Positions 1 to 9,207 of a DNA stretch of 32,000 nt are shown here, in pieces. Location: contig NZ_DS995298.1 of NCBI RefSeq assembly GCF_000155895.1, positions 1-32,000 on the forward strand, written 5' to 3'. Below the pieces are notes generated by a model. That model worked only from the letters and a program-made list of their open reading frames with translations. It made no database searches and had not been told where the DNA came from. The stretch comes from Candidatus Pelagibacter sp. HTCC7211 (GTDB taxonomy: Bacteria > Pseudomonadota > Alphaproteobacteria > Pelagibacterales > Pelagibacteraceae). Both the position numbers and the translations under genes were made by a program. How positions within the stretch are numbered: position 1 is the stretch's first letter; each line of letters starts with the position of its first letter.

Positions 1-54
1 CCATATCAATTATTACTTCCCGTCTTATTTTTTAAATTATTTTTAGTAAAGTTA

Positions 55-639
55 TTAGTAAAAATAGAAAGGTTTGACTATTTTATTTTTTAAGAGTAAT
101 GGGATTTGACAAAGAATTTGTTTTTCAACCAAACCTAAATCTGAATTTATCCAAGAATTCACTATATCTATTGGATTTCGATGAATATTAATTATTTTTA
201 AATTTTTAATTTTTAGATTTTCCCAGAATTTATAAAACCATATGCCATCATGTGCATCGAGAAGCATATGTGTATTGATTTTTTCATGATGAGCTAAAAC
301 ATTTGGTCCTCTCCTTAAAAAAATCCTTTTTTTATATAACTTTGGGCTTTTCGATTGATATACACTTGTTTCGTCTTCTTCTCTAAAATTCATATTTCTG
401 CCAATTAACTGCTCATAGTAACTTAAATCTAATATATGCTGACCCATGAATCTTGCACTTTCTGAACTAATTTTATTAAAGTTATATAAAATTGAAAGTT
501 GATCTAAATAATAAATTTTTCTTAACATCTCTACATTTGTGAGACTTGCAATAATTGGAGAAACCATACTCTTGCCTGAGGTATGAGTTCCTGTCACTAA
601 AATTAAATTTTTTAAAAAATTTTTTTTTATAAATTTCAT
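55..639 (-). CDS. Sulfotransferase-like P-loop protein, short (194 aa) tandem paralog
   Basis: The ATG at 639 overlaps the upstream stop (ATGA). N-terminal 'VTGTHTSGKS' resembles the 5'-phosphosulfate-binding loop of bacterial PAPS sulfotransferases (G-x-x-R-S-G-T/S-T type). 'IHRNPIDIVNSW' resembles the R-x-P-x-D 3'-phosphate-binding segment. It aligns by eye with ORF 636-1598 (SGKS, IGRxxNxRxxDxTS, RxPxD) but ends about 130 aa earlier. Confidence 0.45.
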   Translation of the reverse strand: MKFIKKNFLKNLILVTGTHTSGKSMVSPIIASLTNVEMLRKIYYLDQLSILYNFNKISSESARFMGQHILDLSYYEQLIGRNMNFREEDETSVYQSKSPKLYKKRIFLRRGPNVLAHHEKINTHMLLDAHDGIWFYKFWENLKIKNLKIINIHRNPIDIVNSWINSDLGLVEKQILCQIPLLLKNKIVKPFYFY

Positions 640-1598
640 TTTTTTTTATATAATTTTTCCAACTTTATTAATTTTTGTTTATATTTATCGCTGATATTGT
701 GAATGATCTTATCTCTTCTATTTTTGCGAATCGAAAATAGATTATCTCTATTACCATTTTGTTTTTTTATTTCTAGTTGAGTAAAACTACTTTTTTTTAA
801 ATTTAAGAATTTCTCAATTTTGTTAATTTCAATATCTGTATCTTGAACTAAAGTTTCAAATTTTAAAAGTAAAAGATTTTTTTTATATTTTTTTTTATAT
901 TTTAAATAATTCGTTTTTTGAATATTATATAATTTATCTAATAAAAAAATTGTTTTTTCATATACATTGTTCAATTTAGCGAATTCATTTTCGTGTCCCT
1001 TACACCAGAATGGATATGAAAATTTTTTTTTATAGTTAAAGGCTAACGTGCAATTTCTTGGGTTTGAATAAAATTGACCATAATATTTTTTTTCTTTCCA
1101 TTCAAAAATTAAATCAACTGGATGTCTTTCTATAAAGATAACTTTTGATTTTTCAAAGGATTTAAAAATAAAGTTAGGATTTATCAATATATCATGGAAC
1201 ATTATTGGATAATAATTTTGACTTTTTCTAATATCTTTTATTTTTAAATCACCTTCTATTATAGATTTTTCTCTCTGAAGGTAAATTTTTGAATTTCTAT
1301 ATCTATCTATTGAAGTATAATCGAATTTTCTTCTATTTAAATCTCTTCCAATATTAAGATTATAGATTTTCTCGTTAAAAATGTGCTTAAACAAATAATA
1401 TGCACTTTCATTACTTAACATTTTTAAATAATTTAAATAATAAATATTTTCAGCAGCTGAATTATAAATAAACATTTCTGTTTTATTAAATGTAGAAACA
1501 ATTGGGCATAAAAAACTTTTCCCACTTCTTGTAACACCACCTATAAATATTAGTTTGCTAGTTAAAATATTGATTAAAGGGTCATTTTTTTTTTGCAT
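636..1598 (-). CDS. Sulfotransferase-like P-loop protein (about 320 aa)
   Basis: The ORF track starts at a TTG at 1640. The in-frame ATG at 1598 ('MQKKNDPLIN') is the more plausible start. 'FIGGVTRSGKSFL' is a PAPS-loop-like motif and 'FIERHPVDLIFEW' is the R-x-P-x-D segment. It is a paralog of the downstream 194-aa ORF. Confidence 0.5.
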   Translation of the reverse strand: MQKKNDPLINILTSKLIFIGGVTRSGKSFLCPIVSTFNKTEMFIYNSAAENIYYLNYLKMLSNESAYYLFKHIFNEKIYNLNIGRDLNRRKFDYTSIDRYRNSKIYLQREKSIIEGDLKIKDIRKSQNYYPIMFHDILINPNFIFKSFEKSKVIFIERHPVDLIFEWKEKKYYGQFYSNPRNCTLAFNYKKKFSYPFWCKGHENEFAKLNNVYEKTIFLLDKLYNIQKTNYLKYKKKYKKNLLLLKFETLVQDTDIEINKIEKFLNLKKSSFTQLEIKKQNGNRDNLFSIRKNRRDKIIHNISDKYKQKLIKLEKLYKKK

Positions 1599-2262
1599 AA
1601 ATTTCGGCTTCTTTCCAATCTCTATTATTATCAATATCAACTGATTTTGTGCGTGGTAACAGTAATATATTTGAATTTTTTATAAAAACACTACTTTCTT
1701 TTTTCCATAATTTTTTTGTTCCCCAATAAAATTGGCCTGCATCAATATATGTATTTGGTAAATCTTGAGTTCTAGTATTTTTGAAATCAGCTTGAATCAA
1801 ATTAAGCTTTTTTTGTTTAAAATAAAAAGCTCTAAGATTAGATCTTGGAAGTTTATTGCCAGCAAATATAAACCCTTTTAAATTAGATTTTTTTAAAAAT
1901 TTAAGACCCTCTGATAGATATTTAGCTCTTAAAAATGGTGTTGCAGGAAAAATACAACAAACATTATTAAATTTAAATTTTCTATTTTCTAAATTTTTTA
2001 TTTCAAATTTTATTACGTCCATAATTGTTGTGTGTGCATCGGATAATTTTGAAGGTCTAGGATATAGAACTTTTGCACCGTATTTAATTGCGTATTGAGC
2101 AATTTTTTTGGAGTCAGTTGATACAAAAATATCTTTGAATAGTTTTGATTTTAAAGCTGTTTTTATTGACCAAAAGATAATTGGTTTTCCATTAAATATT
2201 TTAATATTTTTATTTTTTATTCTCTGACTATTTTTTCTTGCAGGTATTATAGCTATATTCAT
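1582..2262 (-). CDS. pseF: CMP-nonulosonic acid synthase (acylneuraminate/pseudaminate cytidylyltransferase family), PseF-like
   Basis: ATG at 2262. Motifs 'IAIIPARKNSQRIKNKNI', 'RAFYF', 'TRTQDLPNTYIDAGQFYWG' and 'SVDIDNNRDWKEAE' are collinear by eye with Campylobacter PseF and NeuA-family cytidylyltransferases. At 226 aa it is a single-domain enzyme. Confidence 0.7.
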   Translation of the reverse strand: MNIAIIPARKNSQRIKNKNIKIFNGKPIIFWSIKTALKSKLFKDIFVSTDSKKIAQYAIKYGAKVLYPRPSKLSDAHTTIMDVIKFEIKNLENRKFKFNNVCCIFPATPFLRAKYLSEGLKFLKKSNLKGFIFAGNKLPRSNLRAFYFKQKKLNLIQADFKNTRTQDLPNTYIDAGQFYWGTKKLWKKESSVFIKNSNILLLPRTKSVDIDNNRDWKEAEIYAKKK

Positions 2263-3219
2263 CTATAGCTTCTTATTTGGTTTTGATAAAAAAACAAAAT
2301 TATCTGAAATTTTTATCAAAAAAATAAATATCTTTTTATCTAACAAATACTGTAAAATTTTATTTAAAGTTTTTTTTATTATACTATTTTCATTTTCAGA
2401 CGCGTACAAAAATGGTCCTCCATAAAACTTGGTTACCCGAAAATCGTTATCTTCGATTGTTCTTTTTAATGTGGAGAAAGAAAAAATTCTTTTATGAATT
2501 TTATATTTCCAACTATTAGATTTTTGATTCATAAATTTTGAATTAAAAAATTTATTATTTTCATATTTTAAAAAATATTTTTTTATTTTTGACTCAAAAA
2601 TTATATCTTTAAAAGATAAAGAATAAGAATAAATATATTGTTCATTTGTAAAATACCAAATTATACATTTGAGCAATTTTCTAAAACTTACTAAATCATT
2701 AAGTGTAAACATGTTTCCTTGACCAATAATATAGTGACCATCATGTTTTAAAACTCTCTTAACTTCTAAAAAATTATTTGAAAGTTTTCCAGCATAGTGA
2801 ATGGCTCCACAAATTATTACTAGATCAAAAAAATTATCCTCAAAATGAAACTTTTCCTCCAAGCTTCCTTGATAAAAATAAGCCTGATCATTTTTAATAT
2901 AGTAAGAATAATTCTTTTTTGCATTCTCATACAGATGTTCAGAGATATCGACACCATAATATTTAAACCCTCTTTCTAAAATTTTTCCAGCAGTTTCAGC
3001 GCCTCCATATCCAAGCTCTAAAATTCTCGAGCTTTTTGGTAAATTAAGTTCATCTAATAATTTGAGAGTCTTTTCTTGTCTAATCCAGTAGTGTAAATGA
3101 GTATCAAAATCAGATTTATAAGTTTGTCCATGCCACTTTTGTTTTGTGTGTTCTGAATTCCACCAAGATTTTACTGCTTCTTTATGTTTGCTAAGAGAAG
3201 AGGTTTCTAAATCATCCAT
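2263..3219 (-). CDS. Class I SAM-dependent methyltransferase
   Basis: 'ILELGYGGAETAGKILERG' is SAM motif I, followed by 'YYGVDIS' and 'FDLVIICGAIHY'. The ATG is at 3219 and the stop abuts the pseF start. Confidence 0.7.
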   Translation of the reverse strand: MDDLETSSLSKHKEAVKSWWNSEHTKQKWHGQTYKSDFDTHLHYWIRQEKTLKLLDELNLPKSSRILELGYGGAETAGKILERGFKYYGVDISEHLYENAKKNYSYYIKNDQAYFYQGSLEEKFHFEDNFFDLVIICGAIHYAGKLSNNFLEVKRVLKHDGHYIIGQGNMFTLNDLVSFRKLLKCIIWYFTNEQYIYSYSLSFKDIIFESKIKKYFLKYENNKFFNSKFMNQKSNSWKYKIHKRIFSFSTLKRTIEDNDFRVTKFYGGPFLYASENENSIIKKTLNKILQYLLDKKIFIFLIKISDNFVFLSKPNKKL

Positions 3220-3305
3220 AGAGTTTGAGAATTAAATTTATTGTTTTAAAATATAATAAATATATATATATTTTAAAATATCATTAATGTTAACTAATTT
3301 TTGTT
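3220..3305. promoter_or_regulatory. Divergent intergenic region (86 nt) presumed to carry promoters for both flanking operons
   Basis: This is the only non-coding DNA between the divergent first genes at 3219 (-) and 3306 (+). No specific -35/-10 is asserted because near-pure AT sequence makes motif calls unreliable. Confidence 0.35.
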
Positions 3306-3758
3306 ATGAAATCAAAAGGTATAGAAATTATCAAAGTAAATACTGCCTATGATGATAGAGGTGATATTGTATATTGTAACGAATTTAACTTCATAAAAAA
3401 AAAAATTAAAAGATTTTACCAGATTACTAATAATAACATAAATTTTATTAGAGCTTGGCATGGTCACAAAAAAGAAGATAAATTTTTATTAGTTCAAAAA
3501 GGAGTATTTAAAATTTGTGCTGTAAAAATTGATAATTGGAAAAGTCCTTCAAAAACATTGTCTGTTAAGGAATTTGTAATAAATGCCAACTCGCCTAAAA
3601 TTTTATACATTCCAGGTGGGTACGCTCATGGTACACAGAATTTAAAAGCTGATTCTAAACTTATGGTATTTTCAACATTTTCATTACAGCAAACCATTGG
3701 AGATGATTATAGATTCAAAAGCGATCTTTGGTATGATTGGAATATTCAATTTAGATAA
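3306..3758 (+). CDS. RmlC-like cupin (WxcM/FdtA-like NDP-4-keto-6-deoxyhexose epimerase or 3,4-ketoisomerase)
   Basis: The 150-aa protein has a cupin core, 'RAWHGHKKEDKFLLVQKG' ... 'ILYIPGGYAHGTQNL'. Its size and His pattern fit small sugar-nucleotide cupins. The exact reaction cannot be called. Confidence 0.55.
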   Translation: MKSKGIEIIKVNTAYDDRGDIVYCNEFNFIKKKIKRFYQITNNNINFIRAWHGHKKEDKFLLVQKGVFKICAVKIDNWKSPSKTLSVKEFVINANSPKILYIPGGYAHGTQNLKADSKLMVFSTFSLQQTIGDDYRFKSDLWYDWNIQFR

Positions 3759-3765
3759 ATCTTAG

Positions 3766-5148
3766 ATGGCTAAATTTTCAAGTATTACAGAAAACAATAC
3801 AATTCGCTTAGCCTTTAAAAGACTACATGGAGAACATGGAAAAATATTGGCCGTAATTGATAAAAAAAAATCTCTTCTTGGAGTGATTTCTACCGGTGAT
3901 TTACGAAGGGCAATTTTAGATGGTTATAATTTAAATGATAAAATAAAAAAAATATATAATCGTAATGTAACTTATGTTTACAAAGATGAACTGGAAAAAA
4001 AGAAATTAAATAAAAGTAATTTTGGCAGTGGCAGTTTAGGAGACTCAACCTTTTATGTGCCTATAGTAAATAATAATAAAAAAGTTTATGACATGATACC
4101 AGTTGAAAAGGTCTTGGCAACTCTTGAAAATAGAAAACTAATGCCCAGTAAAAAAAAAAGAACGCTACCAAAAATTTTAATAGTAGGTGGGGGTGGTTTT
4201 ATTGGTACTGTTTTAGCCTCTAAACTTTTAGAGAAAAACTACCACGTCACAATACTTGATAAATTAATTTATGATCATAAAATAATTAAAAAAAATTTTA
4301 ACAAAAAAAAAAATTTAAATTTCATATTAGGTGACGTCTGTGATTTAAATACCCAAATTAAAGCAATAAAAGAAATTGATATTGTGGTATATTTAGCAGA
4401 GATAGTTGGGGATCCTGCCTGTAGTGCTAAGCCTGAAGATGCTCTTAAGACGAATTATTTATCAGTACTGAGTTTTGCACACCTCTGTTCACATCTTGCT
4501 ATTGATAAATTTATCTATACGTCTTCCTGTAGTGTTTATGGATTAGATAAAAATAATAAACTTTTAAATGAAAAATCTAATCTAAACCCAGTTTCTCATT
4601 ATGCACGAATAAAAATCATGTCAGAAAAAGCATTATTATCTAGCTCAAATAATTATTTTAAACCAACAATAGTAAGGCTTGGCACAGTATTTGGTCCTTC
4701 AAAAAGAATGAGGTTTGATCTTGTGGTAAATACAATGTCAAAATTTGCTTATTTTAATAATAAAATTGATGTTTTCGGTGGAAATCAGTGGAGACCAAAT
4801 ATACATGTTGAAGATGTAGCTGATGGAATAATTTCAATAATAAAGTCGAAAAAGAAGAAAATAGAAAATCAAATCTTTAACTTATCAAATGATAAATTAA
4901 ATTTACAAATAATTGATATTGCCGAAAAAGTAAAAACCACATTCAAAAATGCAAAACTTAATGTTATAAAAACTTCTACAGACCCTAGAAATTACAAGGT
5001 TACTTCAAGAAAAATCAAAAATAAAACTGGTTTTGTAGCAAAGAAAAGTATTGAAAATTCATTAAAAGAGATAAAAAATATGTTTAGATTAAAAAAAATA
5101 AAAAACCCAGATAATAAAATCTACAATAATTTTTTGAGTTTGAAATAG
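3766..5148 (+). CDS. CBS-pair (Bateman) domain fused to an extended-SDR NAD-dependent epimerase/dehydratase
   Basis: The first 125 aa or so carry CBS-like repeats ('ILAVIDKKKSLLGVISTGDLRRAIL', 'FYVPIVNNNKKVYDMIPVEKVL'). 'ILIVGGGGFIGTVLA' is the Rossmann motif and 'YARIKIMSE' the Y-x-x-x-K. The SDR part is collinear with ORF 27249-28238 ('FIYTSSCSVYG' vs 'FIYASSSSVYG'; 'VFGGNQWRPNIHVED' vs 'VFGGEQLRPNLHIKD'). Confidence 0.7.
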   Translation: MAKFSSITENNTIRLAFKRLHGEHGKILAVIDKKKSLLGVISTGDLRRAILDGYNLNDKIKKIYNRNVTYVYKDELEKKKLNKSNFGSGSLGDSTFYVPIVNNNKKVYDMIPVEKVLATLENRKLMPSKKKRTLPKILIVGGGGFIGTVLASKLLEKNYHVTILDKLIYDHKIIKKNFNKKKNLNFILGDVCDLNTQIKAIKEIDIVVYLAEIVGDPACSAKPEDALKTNYLSVLSFAHLCSHLAIDKFIYTSSCSVYGLDKNNKLLNEKSNLNPVSHYARIKIMSEKALLSSSNNYFKPTIVRLGTVFGPSKRMRFDLVVNTMSKFAYFNNKIDVFGGNQWRPNIHVEDVADGIISIIKSKKKKIENQIFNLSNDKLNLQIIDIAEKVKTTFKNAKLNVIKTSTDPRNYKVTSRKIKNKTGFVAKKSIENSLKEIKNMFRLKKIKNPDNKIYNNFLSLK

Positions 5149-5149
5149 T

Positions 5150-6331
5150 ATGCTAAAAAGATTTTTACCTTATAGCAGACAAAACATAGATAATCGTGAT
5201 ATTAAAAGTGTAATTCAAGTTTTAAAATCAGATTTTATTACACAAGGACCAAATATTAATAAATTCGAAAAAGAATTTGCTAAATATGTAGGGGCTAGAT
5301 ATGCAGTTTCTTGTGCAACTGGTACAGCTGCATTACACTTATCTTGTTTAGCTCTTGGTCTTAATTCTAAATCATCTTTGTTAACCTCAAGTATAACATT
5401 TGTAGCCTCTGCTAACTGTGCAGAATTTTTAGGTGCTAAAGTTTATTTAACAGACGTTGATAAAGATACATATTGTATGTGTCCAACATCATTAGAAAAA
5501 TTACTTAAAAAAAATAAAATAGATGTTGTTGTGCCTGTTCATATGTCTGGTCATAGCTCAGATATGAAAAAAATTTATAGATTAAAAAAAAAATATAATT
5601 TTAAAATTATAGAAGACTCATGTCATGCACTAGGAGGCAAATATAACAAATACAAAATTGGCTCTTGTAAATATTCAGATGTATCAACATTTAGCTTTCA
5701 TCCTGTAAAACCTATCACAACTGGAGAAGGTGGTATGATTACCACAAATAATAAACAAATTTATGAAAAATTGTTAATTTATAGAACCCATGGGATTATA
5801 AAAGACCAAAACAAATTTCTTAATAAAAAAAATGCATTTGATAAAAAAATTGTTAACAGATGGTATTATGAAATGATAGATTTAGGATATAATTATAGAT
5901 TAACTGATATTCAGTCAGCGCTTGGTCTGAGTCAATTAAAAAAATTGGATGAATTTACAGTTAAAAGAAATAAAATTGCAAAAAGATATGATGAAGGGTT
6001 TAAAAAAAATAAAAACATTATTACACCTAAAGTCAATAAAAATATAAATCATGCTTATCATCTCTACACTATTTTAATTAACTTTAAAAAGATCGGCAAA
6101 ACAAGAAATGAAATTATGACAGAATTATTTAACAATAAAATTGGAAGTCAAGTTTTATATATCCCTGTATATGAACAACCTTATTACAATAAAAAATATA
6201 AATTTAAGATTAAAAACTTTAAAAATTCACAAAATTATTACAATCAAGCTTTAAGCATTCCAATTTTTCCTGATTTAAAACTTAAAGAACAAGATTATAT
6301 AATTAATCTTATAAATAAAATTACGAATTAA
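5150..6331 (+). CDS. pseC: DegT/DnrJ/EryC1-family PLP aminotransferase, PseC-like
   Basis: N-terminal 'LPYSRQNIDNRDIKSVIQVLKSDFITQGPNINKFEKEF' resembles the Campylobacter PseC N-terminus. 'SFHPVKPITTGEGGMITT' holds the PLP-lysine region. The ATG lies 2 nt after the upstream stop. Confidence 0.65.
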   Translation: MLKRFLPYSRQNIDNRDIKSVIQVLKSDFITQGPNINKFEKEFAKYVGARYAVSCATGTAALHLSCLALGLNSKSSLLTSSITFVASANCAEFLGAKVYLTDVDKDTYCMCPTSLEKLLKKNKIDVVVPVHMSGHSSDMKKIYRLKKKYNFKIIEDSCHALGGKYNKYKIGSCKYSDVSTFSFHPVKPITTGEGGMITTNNKQIYEKLLIYRTHGIIKDQNKFLNKKNAFDKKIVNRWYYEMIDLGYNYRLTDIQSALGLSQLKKLDEFTVKRNKIAKRYDEGFKKNKNIITPKVNKNINHAYHLYTILINFKKIGKTRNEIMTELFNNKIGSQVLYIPVYEQPYYNKKYKFKIKNFKNSQNYYNQALSIPIFPDLKLKEQDYIINLINKITN

Positions 6332-6430
6332 TTATTTTCTATTAATTAATAACATTGTTATAATTCTAAAATTGATAGTTGCTGATAAAATAAAATTTGA
6401 ATTTTTATAATTAGATAAGATTATTAAATT

Positions 6431-8218
6431 TTATGAAAATGAACTAAGATTTTTATTACTAGTTATGATTTTATCAAATGATCCTTGATCTATAACTTGA
6501 CCTTTTTGAAGTTTAAATATCACATCACAATTTTTAACTGTGTTTAGGCGATGGGCAATTAGGATAATCGTAATATCTTTCTTGCCAAGGTTATTAACTG
6601 CTTCCATAACTACCTCCTCAGTTTGATTATCTAATGAACTGGTTGCTTCATCTAGAATTAATAATTTTGGATTATGATATAACGCACGTGCTATTCCAAT
6701 ACGTTGTCTTTGACCACCTGATAATCTTACTCCTCTTTCACCAATTGTAGTTTGGTATTGTTTGGGCAATTCTTCTATGACAAAATTATGTAAATTTGCA
6801 ATTTTAGCAGCCTTTTCTACAGCCTTTTGATCAATACACTTAGTCTCCACTCCAAAAGCAATATTATTAGTCACAGAGTCATCAGAAAGATAAATGAATT
6901 GTGGCACATAACCAATAGATTTTTGCCAAGATCTTGAGTTTTGTTTAGTAATTACTTTTCCATCAATTTCTAAAGTTCCCTTTTGAGCTTCAAGTAATCC
7001 TAATATAATATCCACTATTGTAGTTTTTCCACTTCCAGTTGCACCAACCAGTCCAACTGTAGATTTTGCAGGAATATTAATACTAATATCATTTAAGGTT
7101 ATTCTTGATGAATTTGGATAATTATAATGAATATTTTTTAAAGTTATATTTTCATTTAAAGATATAACTCCCTGATCTTGATTTTCATGAGAAGGTTCCA
7201 AATTTTTGATATCATAGTATAATTTATCAAGAGCAGGCCCAACAAATGTAAATTGAGCAAAAGAGGAATATAGTACTTGCAATGCAGGTAAGAGGCGATA
7301 TCCTGCAAAAACATAGAGGCTTATAATAGGTAAAGCATTGTTAAAGTTTCCTGTTTTTGTCATCATATAAAGTATTAATAGGATTATGCCACCAAAACCT
7401 ATTGCTTCTAAAAAAAATCGAGGTAATTGAGCTATAGTTGATGAAGAAGCCTGAGCTTCTGCAAAACTATGTGCAGGATCAGAAAAACGTTTAATATATA
7501 CTTGCTCTAAACCTCCAACTTTAACTTCCTTTGCTGCACCAAATGCTTCACTGATAGCTGAAAAACGTAACTGATTTTTTTTAAAACGCACCTTTCCAAG
7601 TTTTTTAAGATAGTTACGTATAGAATAAAAAATAATAACATAAGATATACCAAGTGAAGAACCAACTATAAGTGTAAGTTTTGGATCAGCTATAATTAAT
7701 AAAGATATAATTGCAATTGCGACTAAACCTTTACTAACAAATCCTAAGAATGGATTTATACCATATCCAATTATTGCACCGACTTCTGATAAAATATTTT
7801 TTCCAAGCTCGGCACTATTACGACTTAAAAACCAACTATAGGCTTGTTTTAGATATCCTTCTACTAAACGTTTGGCTATACCGTATTCACACATTTGAAT
7901 AAATCTAATTTGTGCGTAAAATGTAAAAGCTTTAAAGATAAGTGTAATAACTAATGTTACAAATACTAAAACTCCTAATGCAAACAGAAATTGTTGAATA
8001 TTTTCAACTCCAAAATTGTAGGAAGCTTGATATAAAATATTTAAAGCTAAATTTGTATCAACAATACTGGGATTAGTTAAAACTGCCATGAAAGGTAAGA
8101 TTGATGCTACTCCAATCATATCTAACAAAGCGCCTATTGTGATCATTATCAATAATAATACTAGGCGTTTACGCTCATTAGAATTAAGTAAAAACAGTAA
8201 TTTTTTAAATGTTTCCAT
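6431..8218 (-). CDS. Fused TMD-NBD ABC exporter (MsbA-like half transporter)
   Basis: The hydrophobic N-terminal half of about 300 aa has multiple predicted helices. Walker A is 'GATGSGKTT', the signature is 'LSGGQRQR' and Walker B is 'LLILDEATS'. The ATG overlaps the fcl stop by 1 nt (TAATG). Confidence 0.85.
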   Translation of the reverse strand: METFKKLLFLLNSNERKRLVLLLIMITIGALLDMIGVASILPFMAVLTNPSIVDTNLALNILYQASYNFGVENIQQFLFALGVLVFVTLVITLIFKAFTFYAQIRFIQMCEYGIAKRLVEGYLKQAYSWFLSRNSAELGKNILSEVGAIIGYGINPFLGFVSKGLVAIAIISLLIIADPKLTLIVGSSLGISYVIIFYSIRNYLKKLGKVRFKKNQLRFSAISEAFGAAKEVKVGGLEQVYIKRFSDPAHSFAEAQASSSTIAQLPRFFLEAIGFGGIILLILYMMTKTGNFNNALPIISLYVFAGYRLLPALQVLYSSFAQFTFVGPALDKLYYDIKNLEPSHENQDQGVISLNENITLKNIHYNYPNSSRITLNDISINIPAKSTVGLVGATGSGKTTIVDIILGLLEAQKGTLEIDGKVITKQNSRSWQKSIGYVPQFIYLSDDSVTNNIAFGVETKCIDQKAVEKAAKIANLHNFVIEELPKQYQTTIGERGVRLSGGQRQRIGIARALYHNPKLLILDEATSSLDNQTEEVVMEAVNNLGKKDITIILIAHRLNTVKNCDVIFKLQKGQVIDQGSFDKIITSNKNLSSFS

Positions 8219-9174
8219 TAAAGCTTTATGTAATCTTGATATGTTTTTAAAAGTCCGTTCTTTAAACTAATTTTTGGTTTAAAGCCAAAATTATTTATTT
8301 TTTTACTATCTAAAAACTTTCTATGACTTCCATCAAGTTTCGAGTGATCAAAATTAATTTTTCCTTTAAATCGAACTACTTCTTTAATGATTTCTGCAAG
8401 TTCTTTAATAGTAAGATCTTCACCACTTCCAATATTTATATGACTACACATAGGTAAAACATGCTTATCATAAATTTTTTTATTTATATTCATAAGATGG
8501 ATACTTGCATTAGCCATATCATCTACATATAAAAACTCACGTTTTGGTTTGCCAGTACCCCAAATAGTTACACTTTGTAAATTATTAACCTTTGCTTCAT
8601 GAAAACGGTAGATTAGTCCTGGAACTACATGGCTATTTTCAGGGTGATAATTGTCTCCTGGTCCATAGAGATTTGTTGGCATTATACTTCTATAGTCAAT
8701 ATTATGACTTTGGGCGTATTGACGGTTGTAACTTTCACACATTTTAATCCCAGCAATTTTAGAAATAGCGTAAGGCTCATTAGTTGGTTCCAACTTTCCA
8801 GTTAATAACTCATCTTCTTTCATAGGTTGGTTAGCATTCTTAGGATAAATACAACTAGATCCCAAAAATAATAGCTTTTTGATCCCACCTAAAAAAGAAC
8901 CGTGAATTACATTTGTTTGTATCATCAGATTTTCATAAATAAATTCTGCAGGATAAGTATTATTTGCATGAATACCTCCAACTTTTGCAGCTGCTAAATA
9001 TACTTGATCTATTTTTTGATATTTTAAAAAATTTTGAACATCATCTTGGTTTAATAAATTAAGTTCTTTTTTTTCTTTAGTAATAATTTCTACATTTTGT
9101 GTTTTTAAATTACGGATTAAGGCTGATCCAACCATACCATTATGTCCTGCTATAAATATTTTGAGTTTAGACAT
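8218..9174 (-). CDS. fcl: GDP-L-fucose synthase (GDP-4-keto-6-deoxy-D-mannose 3,5-epimerase/4-reductase)
   Basis: The protein is collinear along its whole length with E. coli Fcl/WcaG as I recall it: '[13 protein letters not shown]', '[24 protein letters not shown]', '[12 protein letters not shown]', '[23 protein letters not shown]'. Confidence 0.9.
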   Translation of the reverse strand: MSKLKIFIAGHNGMVGSALIRNLKTQNVEIITKEKKELNLLNQDDVQNFLKYQKIDQVYLAAAKVGGIHANNTYPAEFIYENLMIQTNVIHGSFLGGIKKLLFLGSSCIYPKNANQPMKEDELLTGKLEPTNEPYAISKIAGIKMCESYNRQYAQSHNIDYRSIMPTNLYGPGDNYHPENSHVVPGLIYRFHEAKVNNLQSVTIWGTGKPKREFLYVDDMANASIHLMNINKKIYDKHVLPMCSHINIGSGEDLTIKELAEIIKEVVRFKGKINFDHSKLDGSHRKFLDSKKINNFGFKPKISLKNGLLKTYQDYIKL

Positions 9175-9207
9175 CTCTAATTCTATTTTTGTAATATATA
9201 ACCAAGC

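Noticed and set aside
1-54. A possible frameshifted continuation of the truncated sulfotransferase-like gene downstream of its stop
   Set aside because: Translating the remaining 54 nt in the other minus-strand frames gives nothing resembling the C-terminal third of the long paralog. The sequence is too short to decide.
1856-2098. An 80-aa + strand ORF antisense to the pseF-like gene
   Set aside because: It lies entirely inside a well-supported gene on the opposite strand, has a low-complexity product, and has no motif. The same reasoning rejects the antisense ORFs at 8088-8270, 9383-9625, 13383-13658, 15479-15694, 21696-21896, 24683-24931 and 28414-28692.
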